This document shows positions 24,871 through 37,679 of a DNA stretch of 64,000 nucleotides, piece by piece; positions within the stretch are counted from its first letter, which is position 1, and every line of letters begins with the position of its first letter. A model generated the notes under the pieces. It saw only the letters and a program-made list of their open reading frames with translations. It was not told the origin of the DNA and searched no databases. The position numbers were made by a program, and so were the translations under genes. The DNA comes from Geosiphon pyriformis uo1 (Eukaryota; Fungi; Glomeromycota): NCBI GenBank assembly GCA_016748015.1, contig JAAOMT010000276.1, positions 434,001 through 498,000 on the forward strand, read 5' to 3'.

Positions 24871-26946
24871 TATTAATATTTTTATAGTTATATTTTTAAT
24901 AATTTTTATTAATTTGTTTTTTTAATGTAAAAAATATAGTGTTCAAAAAACCATTCAATTTTATTAAAACATATACAGTCTTATAATTGTTAAAAATTTT
25001 TTTGCATATTTAAAATACCATAAATTATTACAATATTATTTAAAGAAAAAAAAACCAAAATAAAATCAATAGTTTTTTTAACTTTATAAAAGTTTATTTA
25101 AATAAAAGTTTTAAAAAAACTATCTAAAAATGTAAACATTTTTTAAAATTAACATTATATTTTATATTATTTTTATTAAAATCATTTTTTAAAATAACAA
25201 AAGTACTCTTATTAAATACCTAAAAATAAGTAAATTAATGACTAAAATTTAATTCAACCTTGTTTTAATAGATATATTAATATATAACTTTAGTACTATA
25301 ATTAACTATTTGTTTTTAAATAGCAAATAAATCAATAAAAATCTATTAAAAATTTTAAAAATATGTTTAATTAAATAATTATTTATAATTACTATAATTT
25401 AGTATTCAAAAAGTCTAATTTTAATTTGAATGTAAATGTTTATATATTATTAAATTTGTTTACAATAAAAAATTTTATATTTAAATAAAATTTGGTTTTA
25501 ATTATAATTAAATATTATTATTTAAACTTTTATGCTATTTAACAATATTATTTTGCTTAACAGAAACATTTATATCTTTAATATTATATATAGTTGTTTT
25601 TTATATTAAGCTATTTATTGAAAATAAGAAAAAAATACTATATTACTATTTAAACAAAAAAAATTAAGCTTGTTTAAAACTGCTTTAACTAAACTTTTAA
25701 AATTAACAGTTTAGTTTTTAAGCTATTAATTTTAATTATTAGAACTTTTAAGCTATTCATAAACAGTAAAAAAAAATTGTTTACTATTTTAAATATAATT
25801 GAAAAATTTAATGATAATTTGTTAATAATTATATTTAAATTTAAAGCAAAAATTTGCAAAAGTGCTTTTTTAATACTTAATATTAAAAAAAAAAACTTAA
25901 AATATTCAACTTACATAAAATTTTGAAGATTTGGTCTGTAAATAATTTTATAAAATATTTTAAGACTTTTAACTGAAAATTTAAAACCAAAATTGTTCTT
26001 ATAGTATTATAAACAATATTATCAAAAAAGCTTTTTATAATTAAATTACTATAAAATATATTATAAAAAATAAATAAATTTATATCAATAATTACCAAAA
26101 CTTAAACTTTATTATTAAATAAAACTGAATAAAAAATAAAAGCTTGTTTGTTTATATATATATATATATAATATTATTTGTTAAAACTAAAAAAAAATTT
26201 ATTATAATTAAATAAATATATAATTATTCAAAACATAACTAAATTGTTTACAGTTAATATACAAAAATAATATTAAACTAGTCTAATATAAGTTTGTATT
26301 TTTAAAAATTAGAATTAAATAAATAGCAGTATTTTTAAAATTAGCTAACTTAAAATATACTATAATATAATAAATTTATATTTGTTTATTAATATTAATT
26401 TTAACTATATATACAGAATTTTTTTTACAAAAATTAACTATTTGAAAATAATTATATTAATAATATTAGTACTTTTAAACTTAATTAACATTTTTTGCCA
26501 ATAATTAATTAACTGTAACTTAATTGTTTTTATTTTACTGTATTTAATTAATGCTAATTTTATTGTTAATTTAAAAAAATTAATTAGATAATTAATTTTT
26601 GATTATATTTAATATTGACTTATTTTAAATTAGTATTTACTAAGATTTTTTTATCAATAATTAGCTCTTTAGTCTAATTAAAACTAGATTTGGAGATAAA
26701 TATTAATTAAATTATTCTGTAAAATTTTAAAAAAATTATCTTTTTAAAATTATCTATTTAATAAAATAATTTTTTAATTATTTTTAATTTATTATTTAAA
26801 CTTTTTTTTAAAACAACTAATATGTTAATATTTAATACATATAATTTTACTGGCAAAAAAATTTTATTATTTTTTTAGAATAAACTGTTACAAATTTTAA
26901 GTCAACTATAATTAACAAAAAAAAATTCAATATATTATTATTATTC
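24871..26946. other. Extremely AT-rich decayed sequence, probably ancient hypermutated repeat
   Basis: Very few G/C, no CpG noticed, same texture as L-a; no motif recovered. Confidence 0.5.
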
Positions 26947-27546
26947 ATATTGTTATGGGTTGGAGTAATAAGCTAACAGATAGCAAGGAAGAACAGGATT
27001 ATAGGGTGATAGAAATAATCAAAGAGGAATTCAACTTTAGAGAGCAAATTGAATGAGTATGGATTCAATGTGCAAGATCAATCTCATAAAATATCTTAGT
27101 TACTATTCTTTTCAAAAGTAACTGGAGAATCTGAAAGTAGAGGGATAGTCCATACTGTTAACAATTGATCACCACTGGTATAATTTTATGTCTCATGTCA
27201 GCACTCTTAGAATTCAATATCAGGTATCAACTTGTGCTTTTCAGTTATGTTTATTCAAATAATCTTCAAATGCTACAATTATATATGTCAGGAAAAAGCC
27301 AACAAGTAATTTTTTATCCTAAGATGTTCAAATACTTGAAAGTAGGGAAAGGGAAATTAGTGATAAAAGAGTAATTGAGATGAAAGTTGTTATTTTTATT
27401 TATTTGATTCTTGTCAGAGAGATGATTTTCTACAGCTAAGAGACTTATCACTTATATAGCTAATGAAAGTAGTCAATGGTCAGGTCATTGATCAGGTTAA
27501 TAATCACTATCTAAAAATAGAATGACTAATTATATGACATTAGTGG

Positions 27547-28314
27547 CTAATACATGTAATAACTATTAAAATTATGGGTTTCAATCATAACATTATTCTC
27601 TCCAAAGAGATTGAGCTCTGGCAAAATCAAGCTATTTATAGGGTATTCTAATTGAAGGGTTTTGTCTAACTCAAAACTAACTAGTTTGTTGAAGTCTTTT
27701 GTGAATAGAGTGTATAGTACTTGAGGCAAAATAAGCTTTGTATCCAAGAGACCAAATCTTTGTATAAGAGTTTTGGCTTTTCTTGCAATGGTCAAAACTC
27801 TTGGAATATCTAAACGTATAATGCTCAAAATTTCCACTTGTATTTCTGAAGTTGTTTTCTTCATAAGCTTCATTTCTTCTATGATTTCACCAAGACGACC
27901 ATAGAGTTCTAATTGCCTTCCATATGACAAGTTTTTGTCTATGAGCAAGATTTCCTTAATCGTTTTTCCAATTGTCATGGAAGGTATAAGTATTGCTGCT
28001 GTTATGCTTTCCAGCAAATACTTATTTATTTTGCTACCAATTTTTTCTCTTCTGGTAGTGGTTTTCTTTGGTCTAATAACAGTATGTGTTTCACTATTAT
28101 CAGTTATGGTGGTTTGTTTTCCAATGGTCAGAGTAGCATTTGGATAATTTTTGATCCAGTACTCATGGAAAGTATAGAAAGTGTTTTGAATGTTTTGATC
28201 TAGGAAATAATTGTTTATATCGATTGAAGATACCTCTGTTTTGGGAATGGTGCATTTATTTATATCTGATTTTTGTTGATCATTTGGGTCGGTATTACCA
28301 CAACAGGTTACCAA
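27547..28314 (-). CDS. A-family ORF3 (A2), open frame
   Basis: 255 codons, highly similar to 17781-18533. Confidence 0.65.
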   Translation of the reverse strand: MVTCCGNTDPNDQQKSDINKCTIPKTEVSSIDINNYFLDQNIQNTFYTFHEYWIKNYPNATLTIGKQTTITDNSETHTVIRPKKTTTRREKIGSKINKYLLESITAAILIPSMTIGKTIKEILLIDKNLSYGRQLELYGRLGEIIEEMKLMKKTTSEIQVEILSIIRLDIPRVLTIARKAKTLIQRFGLLDTKLILPQVLYTLFTKDFNKLVSFELDKTLQLEYPINSLILPELNLFGENNVMIETHNFNSYYMY

Positions 28315-29573
28315 TCAGGTCATTTGTGATATTTTTTGAGTCATATGCCATGAACAGGACAATCATTGAAGATTGTTCTATATTGATCTTGTAAGATATA
28401 AAAACCATTGTTCAAAACTTTGTTGACTATAAAGGGTTCTTTCCACTGGCTAGAGAATTTATCACCATAGACATTGTCTTTGTCTGAATGGTATTCTAAA
28501 ACTAAGTCACCAACACTTAAGGAAAGTGTTTTATATGTTTTTTTTTTCTTAAGCTTCTCTTGGAATTGTTTTATCTTTTTAAAAGCAATTATCCGTGCTT
28601 CTACTAATGAGTTAAGAATAGTACCAAGTCTTCTTTGCAAAATGTCTTTGTAATTTCCTATTGTTATTTCTTCAAAGGGTATTGTCTCAATGTCAGTTTC
28701 TATTGATAGGGTTGCCATTCATCCATAGAATAGATAAAAGAGTTCATAACTTGTTATGTCATGATTCACAGTTCTATAAGTGAACAAAGCTGAAGACAGT
28801 ACTTTGTTTCATAAGTTTGTTTCTTTGCTGGTTTTGGCTAGGGTTTCACATAGTGTTCTATTAAAACATTCCACTAGGCCATTTGTTTGAGGGTGATAAG
28901 AAGAGGAAAATTTGTGACATATTCCCATTTTTCTGCAAAGTTCTTCAACAAGTGTACTGAGAAAAGCTCTTCCTTTGTCAGATAAAAGTTCTTTGGTGCA
29001 GCCATGGCAACAAATAATATCTTCATAAATGAAATTGGCTATTGAGACTGCTGTTTGGTCTGGAGTGGCTCTTGCTTCTACTCACTTTGTAAGATAGTTG
29101 GTAGCTGTGATAATGTATCTGTTGCTATCAGGAGTTATTGTTAAAGGTTCAACAACATCTATACCAATTCTGTTAAAGGGTTGACCAACAGAAATTGGAT
29201 GAATATCTTTTTTACGATTGGGTTTTCCTCTTCTTTGGCAGATATCACAGGTTTTGATGTATTCAGCAATGTCTTTTCCCAAGGTAGGTCAATAATAGTG
29301 AGCTAAAATTTTCTGAATTGTTTTTGTTTTTCCAAAGTGTCCAGCTAATGGATCAGTATGCATATTGTAGATCACAATTTTTCTTTCTTTAAATCTGATA
29401 ATTCTCTGGGGGCAGTCAGGATCTTTTCTATTTCTTTTATAAAGTTGGTTCTGGCGAATCAAATAGAAATTTGATTGTTTGCACAAATGTTCTCTTTGTT
29501 GTCGTGTGTATTTCAGTGGGTATTGTCCTTTACCCAAAAATTCTATTAAGGCAGAGTAGTTGTCCAAGTCCAT
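28260..29573 (-). pseudogene. Integrase ORF (A2)
   Basis: MHTDPLAGH...CDIC HHCC, core motifs, WKEPF. Confidence 0.9.
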
Positions 29574-29639
29574 TATCATGTTTGTCAAAAAGGGGAATTA
29601 CTAATAATTAAGTTGGTTTGGTTTGAGAGGATTGTTCTG

Positions 29640-32334
29640 TCACTGGATGATAAGTCTGAAGAGAGCATCGGCGTTTTGATGATTAGCTCCTTTGTGATGT
29701 TGAATATCATAGTCAAATTCATCCAAGAGGAGTATTCAGCGAGTTATCCGTTTGTGTTCTAGCCTCTTTTTGTTGCACAGTCAAACCAAAGCTTGGTGAT
29801 CTGTTACCACCAAAAACTTCACACCAAGAAGATACTTACTCCAGTAACTGGTGGACCATATTACTGCTAAGCATTCTTGTTCAGTGACTGAATAGTTCTG
29901 TTCTGCTGGGGAAAAAGTTTTACTGGCATAGGCTATGGTATGTTCTTTGCCATTTTCATCTTTCTGGGAGAGAACAGCACCAAGTCCAAAGCCAGATGCA
30001 TTAGTGTGGAGGATAAAGAGTCAATCTAGATTAGATTGCTTGAGAATGAGTTCTGTAACCAGTTTTTCCTTTAAAGTTTCAAAGGCTTTTTGCTGATATG
30101 TTCTCCAATGGTAATTGACATTTTTCCTGAGTAGCTAATTGAGAGGAGAGGCGATTTTGGAGAAATCCTTGACAAATTTGTGATAATAAGAGGCCAAACC
30201 AAGAAAAGAGCATAGTTCATGAATGTTCATTGGTTGTTTGATGTTTTGGACTTTTTCAACTTTGGCTGGGTCAGGAAAGATTCCATCTTTTGTGATAAAA
30301 TGACCAAGAAACTGGGTGGATTGTCTTCCAAAGAAAGATTTGATTGGGTTGATCTTGAGGCCAGCATTTTTGAGAAGGTCAAAAATCTTTTGCAAATGTT
30401 CCAGGTGTTCATCTCAGATTTTTGAGTATACCATTATGTCGTCCAAATAGATTAGAACAAAATTTTCCTTGACTGATTCAAATACTTTATCCATTAAGCA
30501 TTGAAAGATGGGGGGGGGGCATTGGTGAGACCAAAAGGCATGACTGTGAATTCATAGGTGCCATACTTGGTGATGAAGGCAGTTTTCTTTCTGCTTTCTG
30601 AATCCATCTCTACTTGCCAGAATCCAGCAGTTAAGTTAATAGTTGAGAAGAAAGCAGCATCTTTGAATTGGTCTAACATTGTATCAATCTTGGGAAGTGG
30701 GTACATGTCTCTTTCAGTGATGGCATTTAATTGGCAGTAGTCAACACAGAAGCATAGTGTTCCACCTTTCTTGGATATTACTACAACTGGAAAAGCCCAT
30801 TTACTCTTGGTTTTTTGTATAAATCCAAGATCTTTTATCCGGTTTATCTCTTTCTTGATAAACTCATCATTGTGCTAATTGGATTAATAAGGTTTCAAAT
30901 GGATGGGTCGAGTTTCTTTGGTGGTGATAGTGTGTTGTATCACATGGGTATGTCCAGAGATATCACTTTCTTTGGAGATAACTGGGCTATTTCTAGCCAG
31001 CAAATTTTCAATGTTTATTTTTCTTTCTTCTGGGGAGGATTTTTTTTGTTCTACAACCAGTGATTAGATCTCAGGTGGTTCATTCTCAAAAGATTTCTGT
31101 ACTTCTTTCAATTTTTTTCTGAGTATCAAACTGATTGGTTCCCAATCTCTGTAATAGATCAGGCATAATTTGCATTCATCACTTAGAGAATACAAAAGTT
31201 TGTTGCACCAACACTGGGCACAAGGACCATGTCACCAAAAACTGTATTTGGCTTTCTTGCCAGGTTTTCTTTCAAAGATTCTTCTAAGAATATCTTAATA
31301 AGGCCAGCAGATCAGCTTGCCATTTACAATGATTCCTTCTTTGTCTGCTTTAACATTGTCTAGTGGTTTGCCATTGCTGGTGAAGGTGGTATAGGTGAGT
31401 TCAGCAGTTTCTTCTTGCTCTTCTTGTTCTTCTTCTTCATTACTCTCTTCATCATCTGATTCATCTGATTGTTCTTCTTTTTGGTTTTGTTTGGGTACTG
31501 GGGGAGTTGTCCAATAACGACACTTAACCACAATGGGTTTTTCACCACATCTGATGGTTAATTCACAAAGTTCATAATTAAGCAAAGCTTTTGCTTTCTT
31601 GAGCCATTCATTGCCAACAATGATGATGTATTCCTTGGCTTCAGAAACTTCTATGTCAGTTTTAATGCTGATTCCATTGATGCGGACAGGAACAGCTTTG
31701 GCAATACCCAGTCCTTTCTTTTTGTCACCATGTATATTGGTCATTGGTCTGGTGGAAGGTTCATCAATCTTTCTACCAATTGCTTCCAAGAAGTGTTTGG
31801 CAATGACACTAACAGATGATCCACTGTCCAGAATTAAGTCAATGAAGTATCCAGCCACTTGGGCTTTATAAATCAGAGGGGTGACATTGCTGTTGTCAGC
31901 AAGTCCAGCTTGGCGAGGACGCTTGTTGGTTTTTGGTGTCTTCTTCTTTGGAATCAAGAATTTGTGAAGATCCTTTCTGAACTGTGGGTGGGTCATTAAC
32001 TGGCCAAAGATAATATGTGCTGGGGTTTCTATGAGATCTTTGACAATGGAATAGGGTCCAGATTTTTGTACAATTTCTGGGAGTTCTAACTTTGGAGAAT
32101 TCTTAAAAACTTTAGTCTTTGGTGGCTTATTGTTATCAGTGGCAGAAGTTGAGGCTTTGTTGGGGTCTAAAACGAATCAATCTTGGCTTTCTTCTTCTTT
32201 CTGGTTGGTTTTGAGGTGTTAATTGCTAGTTCATCCATGTCTTGGTCATTATTAGTTAAGTTAAAAGCATAAAAAGGGTTTTCTTCTGGTTGGCTTGCAC
32301 TCTCATCCTTTGGAGGTGTGCCTACCTGTTTAAA
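29640..32334 (-). pseudogene. pol: pol PR-RT-RNase H (A2)
   Basis: LILDSGSS protease site, MPFGLTNAP, YLDD, FLGH, FLGLASYY. Confidence 0.92.
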
Positions 32335-33878
32335 GGCTAATAAACAGTGGCTTCAACTAGGTGATTCTCTCCAAAGAAATTGATGTTGGCATGATTGGGT
32401 CTTTAATTGGGGACATTGTTGTTGTTGTTGGGTCTGTTGTTTTGGTTGTCATTGTTTCTGAAAGCTGAAGGAGACAGTAGAGGATTGTTACAATCTCTTG
32501 AATAATGTCCAGTTAATCCACAATAATAGCACACAGATGGGCCACGATTTTGCTGTCTTTGATAGGGAGGTTGCTGGGGCTGGTTAAAACAAGGTTCATA
32601 TCTAGGTCTTGATAGTTGCTGGTTATCTCTGACTGCTTGTGTCAATGGTTCTAATAACTGGGCAAGGTTAGCTGTGAGTCTATCTATTAATTGTTCATTT
32701 GGGTCTTGGGTTTGGGCAGCAAAAGAAGTAGCAGCTACTTGAGGAGCAGGGGCCATGACAAGAGCTGGAGTAAAAACTAGAAGTGTGGATTCCAGATGTA
32801 TCCTTTGGTTATCTTCAATCTTTTGGATGAGTTCAATAGCCATATCCATTGTAGGATTGTCTTTTAGAGCCAAGAGAGACCAAAGAGCATAAAATAAGTC
32901 AGTTCTCAATCCTTTTGTAAAAGAATGAATCTTTTGTTCTTCTGTCCAGTTCCTTCCAGAGTCTACTCACTTGATTAACTTTCTAATTGCTTTGGCATAT
33001 TCAGTTACAACTTTACCAGGACTTTGGGTTCTTCTTTCCAGTTCCATGTGCCATTTAGATATTAAGATTGGGGTTCTGAACTTGTTTTCAAACCAGGTAG
33101 TGAAAGAGGTATTGTTTTCTCTTGCATCTGCTGGTGTCTATCTGATAATTCTGTGCTGGACATTGGCATTGGTTTCTTGTGAAAACCATGTGGCAGGAGA
33201 GCCTTGAAGGTAGTCACCAATGATTTGGAACTTGTACTCATAATCATATTGGTTGGCAGTGGCTGCTCTTTCAAAATCATCCAACCATTCAATTAGATCT
33301 TGTGCATCACCTCTGAATAATGGTAATGAGGTGTTGTTTCTTCACCCCAAAACAGTTTGTATGCCTTGGAGGGTGGTTAGGATGTTTGCTTGTATTGGAT
33401 CTTGGGCCATTGGTTCAGGAGTTACTGTTTGAGTGGAATAATCTGAATCACTTGAGAAAAAATCAAAAATAGGAGCAGTTTGGTAACTTTCTTCTTCTGT
33501 TTCAAAAGGGGTTTCAGCTAATTGATGGGCAGCAATCCAGATGTGAATTTGGTGATTTAGATATTCAAATTCATGAGATTGTTGTTCAAAGGTTGCTGAA
33601 TATAAGAGCTGATTGATATTGTTGTTTCTTTCTTCAAATTTGTTTTCAAAGTAAGCTTGGTCAAAGTAATAGATTGTGTAGGCTGTGTAGGTTTTAGCTG
33701 AATGCTCATTCAAAAACCAGTTCCAAAAGTCTTGGAATTGTCTATTGAATTGTTTTTCAAAGAGGAAGCAAATCAAACAGGATGGCAAAGGATTAAGTTC
33801 AATAAAGTCTAAATCGTTTCTGTTGTGTGCTTCAAAATGTTCTACTGATTGTTGTGATAGGTATGAATAATCACCCAT
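32322..33878 (-). pseudogene. gag: gag (A2)
   Basis: CYYCGLTGHYSRDC knuckle; N-terminal extension ORF 33342-33893. Confidence 0.88.
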
Positions 33879-33907
33879 ACAATAAGGAAACAAGTGAATT
33901 TTGACAA

Positions 33908-33924
33908 CCTCACAGGGAGCACCA
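33908..33924 (-). promoter_or_regulatory. Primer-binding site TGGTGCTCCCTGTGAGG (A2)
   Basis: Begins TGG (complement of tRNA CCA), 6 nt inside the LTR end; identical to B2 PBS. Confidence 0.88.
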
Positions 33925-34560
33925 CTTTTATGTTATGAGTTGGAGTAACAAGTTAATAGATAGCAAGGGAGAACAGGATTGTAGGATAATGGAAATAATC
34001 AAAGGAGATTCAACTTCAATGAGCAAATTGAATGAGTATGGATTCAATGTGTAAGATCAGTCTCATAAAATATTTCAGTCACTATTCTTTTCAAAAGATA
34101 ACAAAGGAATCTGAAAGTAGAGGGATAATTCATACTGTTAACAATTGATAACTGCTGGTATAATTCTATGCCTCATGTCAGCACTCTTAGAATTCAATAT
34201 CAGGTATCAACTTGTGCTCTTCAGTCACATTTATTCAAATAATCTTCAAATACTACAATTATTCAAACAGGAAAAGGCCAACAAGTAATCTTTTATCCTA
34301 AGATGTTCGGATATTTGAAGATAGGGAAAGGGAAATTAGCAATAAGAGAGTGATTGAGATGAAAGTTGTTATTTTTATTTATTTGATTCTTGTTTGAGAG
34401 ATGATTTTCTACAGCTAAGAGACTCATTGCTTATATAGCTAATGAAAGTGATCAATGACTAGGTCAATAATCACTATCTAAAAATAAAGTGGCTAATTAT
34501 ATGACATCAGTGGCTAATACATGTAATAACTAATAAAAATTATGGGTTTTAACCATAACA

Positions 34561-36336
34561 CTATTCTTGACTCCTTGGTAGAAGCACGAATAATTGCTTT
34601 TAAAAAGATAAAACAGTTCCAAAAAAAGCTTAAGAAAAAAAAAACCTATAAAACACTTTCTTTAAGTGTTGGTGACTTGGTACTAGAATACTGTTCTAAC
34701 AGAGACAATGTTTATAGTAATAAATTTTCTAGCCAGTGGAAAGGACTTTTTATAGTTAACAAAGTTTTGAACAATGGTTCTTATATTCTTCAAGATCAAT
34801 TCAGAACAATCTTTAATAATCATCCTGTTCATGGTACATGATTCAAGAAATATTATAAATGACCTGATTGGCTGCCTGTTGTAGTAATACCAATTCAAAT
34901 GATCAGTAAAAATCAAGTATAAATAAATGCACCATTCCCAAAACAGAGGTATCTTCAATCGACATAAACCATTATTTTCTGGATCAAAACATTCAAAACA
35001 CCTTCTATACTTTTTATGAGTATTGGATCAAAAACTATCCAAATACTACTCTAACCATTGGAAAACAAACCACCATAACTGATAACAATAAAACACATAC
35101 TGTTACTAGACCAAAGAAAACTACTACCAAAAGAGAAAAAATTGGTAGTAAAATGGATAAATATCTGTTAGAAAGTATAACAGCAGCTATACTTCCACCT
35201 TCTAACACAATTGGAAAAACACTTCAAGAAATCTTACCCATAGACAAAAACTTGTCATATGGAAGGCAATTAGAACTCTATGGTCACCTTGGTGAAATAA
35301 TAGAAGATATGAAACTCATAAAGAAAACAACTTCAGAGATACAAGCAGAAATTTTGGGCATTATATGGTTAGATGTCCTAAGAGTTTTAACTATTGCTAG
35401 AAGAGCCAAAACTCTAATACAAAGATTTGGTCTCTTGAATACAAAACTCATTTCACCTCAAGTGTTATATACTTTATCCACAAAAGACTTCAACAAACTA
35501 GTTAGCTTTGAGTTAGATAAAACTATTCAAATAGATTACCTCATGAATAGCTTGATTTCGCTGGAGCTCAATCTCTTTGGAGAGGATGATGTTATGGTTG
35601 AAACTTATACTTCTTATTAATTATTACATGTATTAGCCACTGATGTCATATAAATTAGCCACTCTAATTTTAGTAAGTGATTATTGATCTGATCAATAAC
35701 CTGACTATTGACTTGATCATTGACCTAATCATTAACTTGATCAATGACCTGATCATTGATCTGATCATTGACCTGATCATTGACCTAATCATTGACCTGA
35801 TCATTGACCACTTTTTATAGTTATATAAGCAATGAATCTTTTAACTGTAGAAAAGCATGTAAGAATCAAAAAAATAAAGAAATAAAATAACAATTTCATC
35901 TTAATCTCTCTTATCACTAATTTCTCTTTCCCTACTTTCAAGTATCTGAACATCTTAAAGATAAAAGATTACTTGTTGGTTATTCCTTACCCTTTTCCTG
36001 AAATGTGTAATTGCAACATTTGAAGATTATTGAATAAAACATGACTGAAGAGCACATCTGATACTTGATATTGAATTCTAAGAGCACTGACGTGAGACAT
36101 AGAATTATACCAAGTATGATTATTTGTTGACAGTACAAACTATCCCTCTATCTTCAAATTCTCTAGTTATCTTTGAAAAGTATAGTGACTGAGATATTTT
36201 ATGAGACTAATCTCACACATTGAATTCATACTTATTCAATTCACTCTTTGAAGTTGAATTCCCTTTGATTTTTTTTATCACCCTACAATCCTGTTCTCTC
36301 TTGCTATCTGTTAGCTTATTACTCCAATCTGTAATA
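34561..36336 (+). mobile_element. Family A 3' fragment A4 (INT end, ORF3, PPT, 3' LTR 35590-36336), inserted in D4
   Basis: ORFs 34542-34841 and 35153-35620; PPT GGAGAGGATGA; reverse-orientation LTR with 11 x 12-mer. Confidence 0.9.
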
Positions 36337-37143
36337 CTGCTTTTGAGATAAGTGATTTGGTATTCCAAGTTGGTGGCTGTACATGTTTTATTCCTTGCTT
36401 CCCTGAATCTTACCAATATCAATGCTTTGCTGTGGTTATATTTGATTCTTTGGAATCTCTGAATGTTGCTGTGTCAAAAACTGGTACTTTGCATGATTGC
36501 CACATCTGGTGGAAGACTCCTGGATGTCACTGCTGCTACAGGTGTCAAAGACTTGAATCATTTGGCTGTGGACTGCAAGAAGTTACCTCCTCTTCCACCC
36601 AAACTCTCTTCCAACACTTCTGATGACCCCAAAGTTTTCAAACTTTCATTTGCTAGATCTAAATTTTATGCCAAAGCTGCTGTCTTTGTGGTTCCTCTTG
36701 TTGCTGTTGCTGCTAATATGGACTTGGATCTCAATAGTCCTTCCAAAACTACAACACCCATGTTGTCTGCTGTCTCTTTTGTTTCCAATTCTGCTGTTGA
36801 ATCTAGGTTGGCTTCTCTAGAATCCCATCTTAGTGAACTGTTTGTGTTCATAAAATCCTTGGTTGAACCTGTTGGTACTCTGGTTGTATTGGTTACCAAA
36901 TTGCTGTCTACTCCACCTACTGTGAATGTATCAGTTAAAGAATGTGTGGCTGGATTGGCTAGACAAAATAAAGGTTTGGCTGCTGTTGCTTCCATGATAC
37001 AGAAAAAAATAACACATCTTGAGAAAAATGTGAGCAGGTCTGCTTGGAGGATGCATCAGATGATGATGACATGGTTGATGATAATGATGACAATAATAAA
37101 GATTTTTCAGTCTATGATGACACCTTTGATGTTATAATGCACC
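36337..37143 (+). mobile_element. Family D fragment D4 (C-terminal half of ORF1-like gene)
   Basis: Closely similar to D2 from ~51265 to 52079; HLAVDC knuckle end, SRLASLESHLSEL. Confidence 0.85.
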
Positions 37144-37679
37144 TTTTTTTTTTTTTTTTTTGTTAATGTGTAGCCACACTGGTCATTTATTAGTTAAGTC
37201 ACCCAATAATACAAAATCACAAGATGCAGCTAATCACAAACAAAAAGCTCTAACTACATGCTAGTACTATCTTTGCTACCTAATGTATTGAACATATCAA
37301 ACTCATACATCTTACCCATAATGTTAACGAGCTCATGACTATTCTTAACCATACCACTCATCCACTTAGCAGTCTAATCAGGATTGAATTTGATACCAGG
37401 AGACTGAATTTCTCACAGTTGCATCATCATATCAAAAGTGTTATCATAGACTGAAAAGTTTTTAACTTTGTTATTATTATCATCCATATCATTATCATCA
37501 GATACATCCTCCAAGGAGATCCGATCACACTTTTTTGTTAAAAACTTAACATCTCTATTCAACATAGAAGCCACAGTAGCCACAGCTTTAACTTGTCTTT
37601 CCAAACTCACCATACTTTCCCTTAATGTCATGTCCACAGCTGGTGGAATAGACAGCAGTTTGGTAACCAGCACAACCAG

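Larger units (their letters stand above)
26951..34560 (-). mobile_element. Ty3/Gypsy family A copy A2 (7.6 kb), discordant flanks
   Basis: LTRs 26951-27592 and 33931-34560; PBS CCTCACAGGGAGCACCA 33908-33924; flanks ATAT vs CTAT. Confidence 0.93.

Noticed and set aside
24871-26946. Possible decayed DNA transposon or Helitron in the AT-rich tract (also 16640-17060)
   Set aside because: No terminal repeats or protein motif could be recovered by eye
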